A stretch of DNA of 64,000 nucleotides from Podarcis filfolensis (Eukaryota): NCBI GenBank assembly GCA_964270895.1, contig OZ185442.1; one strand, given 5' to 3'. Numbering within the stretch: position 1 is the first letter of the stretch; each line of letters begins with the position of its first letter. The notes beneath the pieces were generated by a model. The model searched no databases. It saw only the letters and a program-made list of their open reading frames with translations, and was not told where the DNA came from. Both the position numbers and the translations under genes were made by a program. Shown in pieces: positions 1 through 29,315 of this stretch.

Positions 1-703
1 TCCAAGCGGAGCCTGACACGTGTTTTACACAATGTATCTTAGGAACATAGGAAGCTGCCTTACGCAGAGTCAGACCATTGGCTCACCTAGATCCATACAC
101 TCTACACTGACTGGCAGCGGTCGTCTTGGGTTTCAGACTAAAGTCTTTCCCAACACTTCCTGTACAGTTTGGAGAAGGAATCTTTGGGGAAAAATGAAAA
201 CCTTTGTTGGGGGCGGGGGGGGGGGGAGAACATTTGTTAAGTGATATCTTCATGGGTACCTTTCACCTGCCATTTGTTCAATTTTTGATTATTATTTTTT
301 TAAAATGGCATTCCTCACCCCCTTCATGACTTTCAGTGCACGGTTTATTCCTGTCATAGAAAATTTGAAAATTTGCAATTCTATGGCTGCATTCAGAGCA
401 GACCTATTCAAAATAATAGATGTGCCTTAGGTCCCATCTGCACTACACTTCTGGTATAATATTTTTTTTTATTACTCTTTAATACAAGTCCAAGAAAAGC
501 CACATTGTCACATTACCAAATTACAATCCAATTAAAAAAGAGAGAGAGCCAATTATTCAAAAACCAAATTAATCAATTTGAAATGACTTCCCGTGTACTT
601 GGTTTCAGGTTACAAAGCTCTTATTTCTTCCTGCTTTCACAATCTTGATTAATCCAATAACAACAGTTCTGATTTTAATCCTGCACTGCACTTCTGAAAC
701 AGT

Positions 704-1026
704 AAAGGTAAAGGGACCCCTGACCATTAGGTCCAGTTGCTGACAACTCTGGGGTTGCGGCGCTCATCTCGCTTCCGGCTCATGTGGCCAGCATGACTAA
801 GCCGCTTCTGGCAAACCAGAGCAGCGCACGGAAACGCCGTTTACCTTCCCGCTGGAGTGGTACCTATTTATCTACTTGCACCTTGACATGCTTTTGAACT
901 GCTAGGTTGGCTGGAGCAGGGACTGAGCAACGGGAGCTCACCCCGTCGCGGGGATTCAAACCACCGACCTGCTGATCAGCAAGCCCTAGGCTCTGTGGTT
1001 TAACCCACAGCGCCACCTGCGTCCCT
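704..1026 (-). mobile_element. Sauria SINE, near full length
   Basis: tRNA-like head at the right end (revcomp gggacgcaggtggcgctgtgggttaaacc...), ACCTTT-type tail at the left end; 13-bp TSD cttctgaaacagt at 691-703 and 1027-1039. Confidence 0.85.
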
Positions 1027-1584
1027 CTTCTGAAACAGTCTCAAACCTTTTTAAACAGTCCGGGAACGATATTTTGCTTAGGTTGTTGAGAGCTGTTAGG
1101 AGACCCCTGTTTCCCCCATTGGTGAATGAATGAATGAATGAGAGAGAGAGAGGGCAAGGACACACCCAGCTGGGCATTCAAGAAGTAGGGACCACTCCCA
1201 CTACTGAAACGAATGTCCCGAGGAGAAAATGTGTGGCTAAGGAGAGGGTGTGGCCTGGGCAAAGACCTGAGAGCCAAAAAAAGAGGCTTGGAGGACTGCA
1301 TTTATTCCTCAGGCCAGATGCTTTCCTGGAACCTTCTGCAATTTGTGATCTGCTTTCAGCACCTGGGGAAAGTTGGCAGCAGGGTGAGCCTCCCACACAG
1401 GACTGCCCCTCAGTGGACCATCGTTAGTCTCAGCCTCAGCATGCGCCCGACCTCATTGATCACTGGCCTGGTCAGCATGCATCCATGTAGGCACAGGGAG
1501 TGGAAAAGGCTTGGGATCGTGTTTGTGAGTTGGGGTAAGGGGGAGAGAACAAGGGAGATGCAGACTTGAGCTCATTTCTCATGC

Positions 1585-1590
1585 TTTATT
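1585..1590 (-). terminator. Polyadenylation signal AATAAA of gene A
   Basis: tttatt on + strand, 25 nt past the TGA at 1616. Confidence 0.7.
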
Positions 1591-1615
1591 TGTGCGCTTC
1601 GTCTCTGAGCTGGCG

Positions 1616-9494
<7,879 letters not shown>

Positions 9495-9670
9495 GGCTGT
9501 CATGTCACTGCATGAGACCATGAAGGGCCTGTCTGTCAGTAGACCTGCGGAGGAGACATGCAGAGCGAATGGTCACAGACAGCCAAGGTAGTGTTTGTGG
9601 ATAGTGGGTAATAGGTTACAGTCACATCGTCCCACAAAACTGCAACCCTGCCTGGTTGTCCAGGCAGTGG

Positions 9671-9678
9671 TATTTATA
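9671..9678 (-). promoter_or_regulatory. Candidate TATA box of gene A
   Basis: TATAAATA on the minus strand, about 180 nt upstream of the ATG at 9494. TSS not verifiable from sequence. Confidence 0.5.
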
Positions 9679-10582
9679 AAATTTCAAACAAAGCATTTCA
9701 ATTTTCACCATTCATATACATCATTACCTCATTTCATGTTTAATACACATGCACCATAAGCAATGGCAATTTATGTTGATTAAGTTCTGATTCCCACCAT
9801 GTTCTGTTACATTGTGTTAGTATGCATGTTGGGTAGCCATTTGCACCATGTAGCAACTTACGTTCTAGCTTTGAGCTGTATCTTTGTGGTTCACATATTA
9901 GCTGTATTTCTGCCCCAATAGGGGGGCGGGGGGCAGTTGTGTGTGTGGCAACGTGCAAAATCATCAGTTTCATAAAGTAAAAGGCTACCATAACTTCTCT
10001 ATTAGAAGCAAACTCAAGGATTTACAGAGGTACACATTATCACATTTTTTGTGGCCCTTTGGGCCACCACCACAGGTACAGCAGGAATGGGGAGCCAGTG
10101 GCTCTCCAGATATTCTTGAACTCCTATTTCCACCAGCCCTTGCAGCCATTGGTAAGGGATGATGGGAGTTGTAGTCCAGCAATATAGTCACCATTCCTAG
10201 GATGTAGAGATACCTGAATTCACATTTCTGCCTAGGTGTGAAATTCACTGCGATACCTCAAGCCTCAAAGGGAGAAGGACACCAATTGTTGGCAGAGCAC
10301 ACAATTTTCAGAGCTTAGAAAGCCTGTTTTAACTAGTTCAAGTCCAACATGTCGAAAAAGGAACTGATTCCAGATTCCCACCATCCCTTTACAAAGCAAA
10401 CTAATTTGGTTCATGTTAAGTTCATAGTTCAAGGTCATCCAAATGATCCTTGACAATCCACCCCCCACCCCAATTCAGGATGTTACAAGTCAGCTCTCCA
10501 CATTTCCATATCAGTTTGTGAATTTTGTATGAACAAATCCTCACAAGAATTCAGCAGAATTTTAATGCAGACTTCTAATATA

Positions 10583-10848
10583 CACGCGGGTGGTGCTGTG
10601 GTGCTGATTGGAAGGTCAGCGATTCAACTCCCCGCGACGGGGTGAGCTCCCGTTGCTCAGTCCCTGCTCCTGCCAACCTAGCAGTTCGAAAGCACGTCAA
10701 AGTGCAAGTAGATAAATAGGTACCGCTCCGGCGGGAAGGTAAACGGCGTTTCCGTGCTCTGCTCTGGTTTGCCAGAAGCGGCTTAGTCATGCTGGCCACA
10801 TGACCCGGAAAAACTGCGGACAAACATCAGCTCCCTCGGCCAGTAAAG
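10583..10848 (+). mobile_element. Sauria SINE, truncated
   Basis: Matches the 704-1026 copy (ccccgcgacggggtgagctcccgttgc...catgctggccacatgacc). Confidence 0.8.
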
Positions 10849-13436
10849 CAATTTCCCCTGATAGACACATTTTTGCAAAGCAATTTACCCCAATATTGCA
10901 TTTTAATGTTATTTTTAAACTAGAAAGTATGAACACTTTTTTGTGAACACTTTACCCCAGTATTTGCATTCTCTTACTTTACTAGAGAAGTGCATTTCAA
11001 ACTTTGGAAAAGTGTGAATTTTGAAGTGCAAATCTGTTTTCACTTTTAAATTCAAACTGAATTGAATTTCCATCCAATTCCTAGGTACAATAGGAGGCGT
11101 TTTTGTCTCACCTTCCTTTCACATTAGGGGAAGCAGTCATAGCTGCTGTCTGGAGTAAGTCACCCTGAACTCAGTGGGTTTACATCTCTTTAAAAGGCAG
11201 GAAAGTGGGCAGTGTTTTACCAGGGATAGGTACGAAGAAAGAGGATTTCTTTCTGGTAAATAAGAGACAATTGTGGCATATTGTCCATCATCACCCAGCT
11301 GTCATTCAGAGGCATGTTCTGGTCTATATGGGATTTCAAAAAAAATATTTCTATAATGCCCTTCATTGAGAATACTAAAATAGATTTACTTGCATATATT
11401 TCCCAGCTGGATGGGGAACTCTGTGAGATTAAGGAAAATAGCTATCCTTTCAAAGGTGAAATCTCACATCACTCTTTTAAACACACACACACACACACAC
11501 AGTTCTTCTTGTGATAGGAAGAAATGGAAACTCAAGAAGAAGGGTATTAGTTGAACATCAGCTTGAAAGTAAAACATGCTTCTTTACCATAGAAACGTTT
11601 TATTTAAAATTACTATCTGGCATTTGTAGGCAGGTTACTTATCAATAGGTCTAACCAGAACTAAATGGGACAAAACCAAATGCATTCTGACATTTTATAG
11701 GCCATTCTGATGAGCACGAGAATAGAAAAACACGCATATTTGTAAGGAGCTCTCCAGTAGCCCCTTCTAGCAAAAGGTCACTTGCAAAAAAAATATATCT
11801 GATTGAAATCTTCGACAGCCCCCTTGCCCACAATCTTTCATGATGAACTGGGAAGCTTTGCTTCCAAACAAGGGCATCCTAGTCACCTTCTCTGGTAAGA
11901 TCTCAGAAGGATGACATCCATCTCTGAGAAAGATAAAGAGCGGTCCCACCTACCTGTCTGTGATACAACTGGAGGGTTTGGAGGAATGCTGTGACCTGAT
12001 GCCTGCTGACAACGCCTGGCTGGTTCTACTTTAATGAGCAGGGTGCTAAAGAGTATTCATCACCATGTGTGACTAGTTTTGTATCCAGCAGATTCCTTGA
12101 TGCCTTGGTCCGCACGAGTCCACCTTCAGAGCTCTTCCCAACTGCTGTATACTTTCCCGTCCCAACAGGGCCAACGCTTCTCTTCACGACTTGTGCCTGC
12201 ATCTGCCACATGCCTTTACAGGGCCTCAGACGCCTCATCTGCCATTGTTAATTTCTAGGCACTCCTCCTAATGAAGAGGTGTCAGCCTTTAATTATTATT
12301 ACAAGGATTTCCCCCCTCTTTGTTGGAGAAGGCTGCAAATTGAGCAATGGTCGCTGGGAAGGGCCTTAGAAAGAGAGAGATTAGTGTCAGCCTCCCCACT
12401 ATTGTTCCACGACAGGTCTTTGCCACTTTAGTTTTTAACTGGGTTGAAAAGCGTAAATGCACAGACCTGGTGATAATTTTCTGTCAAGCCCAAGGAACTG
12501 CGCAAGTTAAAAACACAGATCACGGGAATGGAACCTGCTTTGCGGAAAGTTGCTCACTTGGAAAGTTGTGGTTGGTTTCATTAATTCATTGTTCAGTCAG
12601 GCTGCTTTTAGCTCACCTTTCAGTCCAAAGGAACCCAATTTGAAATGCAGAGCCCAGCATTGCACAGAGCACCGGATCAGGGTGGGGAATTAAAGGGAAG
12701 GGAGCTCAGGGCACATTTCAGGGCTGGGACTTGTCAACTGTCCAAAGATACCAGGGCTAGCAGCCTATCTGACCTCACAACACTGCGGTCATGTTAAATC
12801 AAAGGAGCCCCAATTTTGCCACAATGGGCTTTAGGTGAATATGCCATGAGAAGCTGCCTGTCTCAGAGAAAGGGATGTAAAAAAGCACCGTTTTCTGTCC
12901 CACCCTGTCTGTCTCCGTCACATGCGTCACCGTTTCTGTTCTGCTGCAGTTTGTCTTCTGCCAGAAATTATGTTCTTTGTCTCGCTGTCAGCATAACTTG
13001 CTTAACTTACTCAATTTATGGAATTAAATATGTAAACAGTGAACATTATGCAATTTGTGGAACTGATTATATAAATTATGTAAGTTAAGTTACAGTTACA
13101 TTATTCCAACCCATTCATTTCAGTGCAAAGGAAACATGGCGGTGGCCAGGGTGGGTGTGGGTGGGACATAAACAATTACAGATTGTTTGCAGACTGAAAA
13201 TGATAACAGCTGTGATTTCTGATCATATTCAGTTGAATTAGTTCTGCTCTCAACATGGGACGTATAAGCAAACACTGGCAATTTCTGCACCTATTTCTGC
13301 TTCAGACTTGGCATATGTCCCGCCCCCCCCCCTTGTAGGGAACTGATCCAGCGGATAGTAGAGAGACATGACCAAAAGCACTCACTTAAAAAGCAAAATG
13401 TGCCCACCGGCCTGAATGTGAGGTAAGAGGCTTCAT

Positions 13437-13820
13437 ATAACCAACATCCTTAAAACTAATTAATGATGAAGGGGTTAAGAACATAGAGTTAGCTGTCCTG
13501 CCAGGCTTAGCTAGGTCACACACTCCACCTTGGGAAGGGTTATCCAGCCTTTGTTCTTTTCACTTTTTGCTTTTTGAACCATACCAAGAAGGAGGTCAAA
13601 GCTGGATGCTCCAGGAAATTCTATTTGAATATATGAACCAAGCTTAGACCATGTGGCTTTAGTCAGCCATCTTTGTGGTTTTATACAAATAATTTAGAAA
13701 TATTTACTACTTTGGAACCTAAGTTTATTACCTAAATTTTCTTTCTGCTGTACAAAAAAGCCCATGACTCTGACCTTTGAAGAGTTTGTAAGTAAATCAT
13801 TTCTAACTTACCACACATGT
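13437..13820 (-). mobile_element. Dispersed repeat, probably a decayed LINE ORF2 fragment
   Basis: Collinear similarity with 21829-22190; stop-riddled minus-strand frame. Family assignment is tentative. Confidence 0.45.
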
Positions 13821-16267
13821 GGTCTCTTTGTACAGTATGGGGGTGGCCTGCTGCTATATATGCCTGCATCTGAGTTACTGCAGAGATTCTAACAATGCTG
13901 GAGGCAGCAAAGGTAAAAAAATGGGCTGTACCATTGAGTTTTGTAAAATAGTAGAATATCTTTATAAATAGTGGCATGCCCAACTTGTTTCAGTTTTTTA
14001 AAAAAAAGTTATTTAGGGACACAGCAACACAGTTTTCCTATTAAGATTATGTCTTTTTTAAAAAATAGTTGCGCATTCCGGGGGGGGGGGTTGACCTTAG
14101 AGGGATGGGTGCCCACAGGAATTTTCCCAGTGGTGCACAGAGGAGTAAGTAAGTTAGGAAGCATACATACCAGCATCAGTGAATAGGTCTACAATTTATC
14201 TGATGGGTGGTGAGCTGGTGACAAGGCCTGGGTAGACTAAAGATTTTCCTGAAAACACCCAACATGCCAGGACAACAACACTGGCCCATATTTCAGGGTT
14301 ATGCTACCCTTCCTGAACCTGGTGCTCTCCAGATGTTTGGGCCTGCAACAAGGACATACTGGCTGGGGATGATGGGAGCTATCCAAAACATCTGGAGGGG
14401 GCAGCCAAGTTGGGCAAGGCTGGTGTAGACAACAGATGTCTAGATGGACCAATTTCTGACTTGGTACAAGGCAAATCCCTACATTCCTGTGGGTGGGGGC
14501 ACGCTTTCTATGGTCAAATGTATACACTCTTCTGCAGCTTTGTGTAGCCACCCACTCCTTGCCCCATCTGGAAGCTTGCTGTGCCATTTTAGACCTAGGT
14601 TCAGGGCAATTCCCTTGCACTGCCTTCTCCCTTAATTGCTCCCTTCCCTATGGCAGCAAAACTTTGGTTTCACAACCAGCCCAGACAGACTTCTTGCCAG
14701 ACACAAAGCATGAGCTAAGTGCAGTGGTGGTTGCGAGGTAATTGCAGCCCACGCCGCCCAAACAAGTCTGGATAGACCTCAGGCTCTAGAAAGGTCACAC
14801 CACCGAGGAAAGCAGCAGAAGGTATCTTTAGGGCTGGCACCCGGAACCACTGTCCCATCTACAAAATGGACAGGCCAGCCCTGCACATTCCTAGGGCATG
14901 AGTCTGACTTGATGGATCTCCCATGCACTGCTTTCTTATTTTCACATATGTTGTTCTAGGCATGGCTTAGAGGGCACAAAGCTGGGGCTGCCCTTGAAGA
15001 CTGTCTGGAAACTTGAAAATATTGCTGTGGCCCATCCTTTGACAGGCATAGGCCAATGAGAGTTTGTTACACCTGTCTTACAATGCTCTATTGACTACCA
15101 CTCCCCCCTGGATCCCATTCAAAATGGTGGCTTTGGCCTAGAAAAGTTTGAATGATTTGGGCTCATTCTGCCAGTGAAACATTCTCCTATATGAAGAGCA
15201 TCTCCCCAGCTCCAACATGCGCATTAAGATCTGCTAACAGAATCCGTTTTTTTCCTTTTTGCAGATCCAAGATTAGCATCTAGTAGAGCTTCAGTCATAA
15301 ATGTTCTCCATGAGTTAATTAGAAGGTGCCTTCTGGATCTGCTCCCAATGTCGGTGTGGCAGATGCCTACATCCTCTGCCTATATGGTGGAAGGTATGAA
15401 TGGTAATTCTACGTATGTGCATGCTACAGTACTGCCTATGTACTATGTACCCCTTTGGATGTCCCACAAAGGTGTTCAGGCCTGTACCTAGCACTTGCTG
15501 GTAGATAGAATAGTGCAGCTCTGTAGAGTTCTTTAAGCATGAATCACAGCTTCCTAGAAACAGCACCTATACTAGAAAGGCCACCTGGCCAGGAGTTCTG
15601 TCCCTTGGAGCTAGGGCTACCTAGGCTCACATGTGAGTCATAAAACAGTGACTCAGCACTTTTAAGCGCTGAGTAGCATAGGATGGGAATATCTAGGTTG
15701 TCCCATTACTTTGTAGTTCACTGTTGGCCATGACTACTCACCTGAACTTGCCATACATAGACTTAGAGAAGGTCATGGGGAGGTGACCCCCGGCATGGGA
15801 GCTAAAGTATTGTCAGCACTCCCAGATAATATATAAGGACCAAGGCCACAAAGGGTGAGTTGGACTCATGGTGCAGGCCGTGATGTTGACACCAGTGCTG
15901 CACATTCCACCTGTAAGGTGTTCAACCTGTTGCCTGCCCAAGAAGGGAAAGAGATTCTTGGGCAACAGATGGGGCTGTAAGATCTTTTCTGATTCCTGTA
16001 ATTGCTGCACTGCAGGAGTTTGGACTAGATGACCCTCGGTGGGTACCTTCCAAACCTACAGTTCTCTGGTTCTGTGATTCCTCTTGTGTTGTTCCTTATT
16101 TTCCTCTCCCTGCTCATAAAATCCATTAAAGTACAATGTTGGTGGTCTTCTTTGTCCACGTGAACTCCAAAAAACTTCTGCCTTAGGCATCAAGAACCTT
16201 TTTGCAGACCACCCCCTACCTTTCAGAGATCCCTCTCATGAGATGCACGATTGACACCATTTTGTGT

Positions 16268-16713
16268 CAAGACCTACATTGGCTCCCAGTACTTTTCCGA
16301 GCACAATTCAAAATGTCAGTGCTGACCTTTAAAGCCCTAAACGGCCTCGGCCCAGTATACCTGAAGGAGCGTCTCCTTCCCCGTCGTTCAGCTCAGACAC
16401 TGAGGTCCAGCTCCGAGGGCCTTCTGGCAGTTCCCTCACTGCGACAAGTGAGGTTACAGAGGGCCTTTTCGGTAGTGGTGCCCACCCTGTGGAACGCTCT
16501 CCCACCAGCTGTCAAGGAAATAAACAACTATCTGACTTTTAGAAGACATCCGAAGGCAACCCTGTATCGGGAAGTTTTAAAGGTATGAAGTTTTGTTCTG
16601 TGTTTAGCCTAATGTTTTACAATTTTTTATGTGTTGTAAGCCGCCCAGAGTGGCTGGGGAAACCCAACCAGATGAATGGGGTATATATAATAAAATTATT
16701 ATTATTATTATTA
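16268..16713 (+). mobile_element. L2-clade LINE 3' fragment
   Basis: ORF reads LHWLPVLFRAQFKMSVLTFKALNGLGPVYLKERL...RAFSVVVPTLWNALP, typical of the L2 ORF2 C-terminus; (TAT)n tail. Confidence 0.8.
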
Positions 16714-17269
16714 CCGCACACCCCCTCAGCAGCCATTTTGTGACGGATACTCGTGGCACTTCCTCAAAATTCCAAATGGGCCCCTAGGCCCCTGAAAGGT
16801 TGGCAACCCTTGTTTTGTGTGGTTGAGTTGTATATTATTGTATCCTTGAGGTTTTGTGTGATTTTCATGGCAAAGTTTTATTATAACGGCATTGTCATTT
16901 TATGCTTGTATGTTGTTCTCTGCCTTGTGCAAACTTGGTCCAGAAAGGTAGCTTAGTCGTATTAAAATAGATAAACCCTATTGCCACCCCGAGCTCATTG
17001 AGGACTGAGCATGCTCCATAAATGTGGAATGACAACTGCCTGTTGAGGGCAACACAACTGGGGCGAAGAGGGAATGGGATGAAGTGGCTAGAATCCTGAA
17101 GAGGGAGCACTCCACACATGGCAACATTTTCTTGTGGGTCCTTTTTGTACGTAAATAACCTTGAGGCACACAAAGCGCTAGGGAATCCAAGGAGAGGCAA
17201 TGCCACAGCACAATAGCGACCCCTCCCAATGGGTGGTAGAATATGGCAATAAATCTCGGCTTTCTTATC

Positions 17270-17275
17270 TTTATT
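17270..17275 (-). terminator. Polyadenylation signal AATAAA of gene B
   Basis: tttatt on + strand, about 40 nt past the TAG at 17317. Confidence 0.7.
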
Positions 17276-17316
17276 TTGAGATCAAGGTCCCAGGGCGGTA
17301 GCATCTCCCCATGGCA

Positions 17317-25643
<8,327 letters not shown>

Positions 25644-28458
25644 GGCCCTGCAGGGAGTAGATGCCACCTGCATGTGTCTGTCTTGTTGTTGGCGGTGCTG
25701 TTGGATCGAAAGCAGTTTATTGTCACCGAATTCATCACCCTTAAATCCAAGCTGGCCCCACCTTCCTTGACATTGTCTAGAAGCAGAAGGATCCAGTTAT
25801 GTGGGTTCTGCACCCGCCCACACAACCAGCCTACTGATGCTCAGCCCCTGGAATCAGGAGGAAGGAAACTCTTGACTGCGACCCTTGGTCCTGGCATCAT
25901 TCTTACTATGCCGGTCTGAGCTGGCTCCTCCAGCAGAGACTGAGGTTAAGGTGATTTTGCCATGCTTCCGAATGGCGAGCTGAATGATTCTAGCAACTTC
26001 TGGGCCCCCATGACTTTGCAGCTGTCTTGGCTTAAATACAGAAGAACGTCAACACTACCAGGTAAACACAGTCTGATCTACAACCCAGCTAAATTGAATT
26101 GCTTGCATTATATCTGAATTCTTTGGCTTCAATCCAGTTATCTTATCATCACCTGTGCTCCAGAGCAAGGCACTAATTACAAAGTGTGAGCATCAATTCA
26201 CACATCTGAATTTGGAGAGAAAGAAGGGACAGAGGCAGGGGGCCTTTAAAGACCACCCTAATAGCTTTCCCCATTGCTGCTACTGAAGTAGCACTACTGC
26301 CGTCAATGGGGTGTTGTGTTAATGGCCCTGCATCCCCATCCCAACTTAATGCAAAGGAGTAGGACTAGCCTTCTGCCAGAAGTGTGTCAAAGTTTCTTTC
26401 CGACTGGGAGAGACGTGTTCCACTGCTAAAAACAAGAAGCAATGCACAGCATTTGGAGGGTAAAAACCAGGAAAGACCCACACCCCATACATGAAGCCAC
26501 AACCTTGCAGAAAAGCTAGTTGGGTCTGGGTCTGAACAGTGCCTTGATGGGCAACCTCCTGGGAAACACATCTATGCTTCGCTGGGTTTCATAATGGAAG
26601 AAATGTAGGATGCAGAGGCGTCAGCGTCTCAAAAACATTGTGGGGGCCTGACATGATGTCCTGATGTCACGTGCATGACATCACACGATGTCCTGAGTTG
26701 CAAAGCTAGGGTGTGTGGAACTGAACGTGGTGGCAGCGAGGCCCCAGTGACTGGCTATCTCCATCCTCCCGCTCTTCCTGATGTGCAAGGAAAAGACGGA
26801 AGAAGCTGCCCCCAGCCAGCGGTGGCAGCAGCAGGAGGAGGAGCCACCGACTATTGAGCCAAACCACATCTGGCTCCGTGTTTGCCCTCTGAACAATGAG
26901 ACCCCCTGGCCACCTCAAAAAGAAAGAAAGAAAGAAACGTTGGGAGGGAACGCTTGCAAACCCTGAAAACACTTTTTAATCACTCTTTCTCAGCAGCTGA
27001 ATTAAAGATTACAGGGCAGGACATCTAAGGACTGTAGTCATTGCAGCGCTACTCAAGAGTAGACCCAAGGGAAATGAATGAGCCTAAGTTAGCATGTTCA
27101 TTAACACCAGCAGGTCTACTCTGAGTAGGACTAGCTTTGAATACCAGCCTAAGAGCCCCACACCATGGAAGCGCTAGTGGGACCCGTTGAGTGACAGCTG
27201 ATGAGTCAAACACGATTTCCAGAAAGGCCCACAAAGAAAGGAAAGGAAGAAGACATTAACTACAAACAGGGAAAGCTCTGAGCAAGGGGTCGGGATCGTG
27301 GGTGGGTTGAGGTCAGTCTTATAAATATCAAAATGCTGGAAGCAGAAAAGAGGATTCAATTCCAAAGCAAAGCTGAGATGAGACCCCCTCTCTTTTCAAA
27401 AAGACATTTTGCCCCTCCCTGTGAAAAATGGAGGGGGGGGAGCATTTCCCCATGAAACATTTTGGGAGGTGATTTGTCACTTCTGCAGTGGACAGGAAGC
27501 TGTCGGGAGAGCCTGGCACCGCTTTCCACTGACCACAAACCCCAAAATGCCTTGGGAGCGACACAAAGCGATGCAACATGCTATAACTCCCCAGATATCC
27601 CATGAAGTGCCTCTGGAAAGTGGCTGCAAAGAGAACTTTCTTCAGCTTTGAGTGGCAAAGGCTATTTCTTTAAATTATATCTATTTATACCCTGCCTTTT
27701 TCTCTGACAGGTACTTGAGGCAGTTTACGAATAAAAGAAAAACAGCTAAAAATATGGGGGTAGGGGAACAATATATATATTTTTAAAAAGAATGAAGCAT
27801 ATCTATTTAAAACATGCAGATATTTACAATAAAGACAGCACAGAACCAGCTGTTTCATGAAAAGCAGTCCATTCTCAAAAGCCTGTTGAAATAAGGTCTT
27901 CACCTGCCAGTGGAAGGACAACAAGGAGGGAGACAGCCTGACTTATCTAGGGTGGGAATTCCCAAGTTTGGGTGCAGCTACCAAGAAAGCCACTTCCCGT
28001 GTCCCTTCCAGTCATACCTGAGAGGGCGTCAGGGCTGAGACAAGAGACTCCCCTGAATATCTCAAAATCCAAGCAGGTTCACATGAGGAAATCTACGGCT
28101 TGTGGGATTAATTAGGCCCTCCAAGGCGTTCTGGCCATGCCATGCTAACCTGCCTACACCTAACTATAAATCTGAAAGTTAAAAAAACAACAAGGGAGAA
28201 ATATCCTAAGATTAAGTATAGTAAGAAACAACCTCCTCCTCAATATTTCAGATACCTCTCTCCCCCCTCACCACCACAACTTTTCAGAAGAGTTTCGTCT
28301 CCCGCCCTGACAAATGGTTGGAAAAAAAATTGGGGGACGTTTTTGTCACAGCTCTATTCCAAATATATCATTTGAAATTGCAGTAAAGGGATATGTCAAA
28401 ACTTTTGGCAGAAATCCATAAAAAATGCTGATTTTGTTTTATTTGTCAGAGATGCACT

Positions 28459-28604
28459 CAGTGGCGTAGCGTGGGTTGTCAGAACCCGGGGCAAGGCAAG
28501 TAATTTGCACCCCTAAGCCGTGGATTTGCGCCCCCTAACCCTAACCCCCAGATGTTGCGCCTGGTGCGGCCGGCCCCCCCTGCACCCCCCACGCTACGCA
28601 ACTG
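28459..28604. mobile_element. hAT-type MITE
   Basis: TIR cagtggcgtagcgtggg / cccacgctacgcaactg; perfect 8-bp TSD gatgcact (28451-28458, 28605-28612). Confidence 0.85.
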
Positions 28605-28924
28605 GATGCACTTCCATCGATGCAGCAGCCTCGATTATACAAGCAGCAGAAATATGCATTTGAAAGTCCTGCATTATCTCTAACTATCAGGTTGGCCTTT
28701 CCTGACCGCTCTACCCTCTTTTAAGCGAAAAGCAAGATTTTATATACAGTAAGACTGCACCTTACGCAGGCGTTACGTTCCACGCATTGCACCTAAAGCC
28801 AAAATCGCTTACGGTCAAAGCCCATTGGGTTCAAAGTCATTTTTCCTAGAACCCTGCCCCCTTCCAATCTCCCTGCCTTTTTCACCATGTGTGTAAAGTT
28901 AAATGCGCACAAGTTGCCATCTTA

Positions 28925-28957
<33 letters not shown>

Positions 28958-29226
28958 GTTTGGGATTATTCCAAGCGATAATTCAGTGTGAAATTACAGC
29001 AAATGTTTTGAATGCTTGAATTTCTCAAACAGTATTATTCTCTCTAAACTGCAGAGTTTTTCTTTTTGTAGAACAGGGGACGGAATCCAAGAAAGAAAAT
29101 GTCCCTGAACCCACTTTTGTTGCACTATGCCCCCTCCAGATAGCAATAATGATATGGTGGCATTGGAGAAGCATCTCAGAATAAAGAATAAAAGCAGAAT
29201 AAACCCACCACTAATGCACTACGGTT

Positions 29227-29315
29227 CATAGCTGTCAACTTTTCCCTTTTTTTAAGGGAAATCCTCTTATTCTAAATAGGATTCCTCGCAAAAAAGGGAA
29301 AAGTTGACAGCTATG
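29227..29315. mobile_element. 89-bp hAT-type mini-MITE
   Basis: Perfect 26-bp TIR catagctgtcaacttttccctttttt; 8-bp TSD ctacggtt / ctacggtg. Confidence 0.8.

Noticed and set aside
28535-28550. (CCCTAA)2 telomere-like motif
   Set aside because: Only two units, inside a MITE; not an interstitial telomere.
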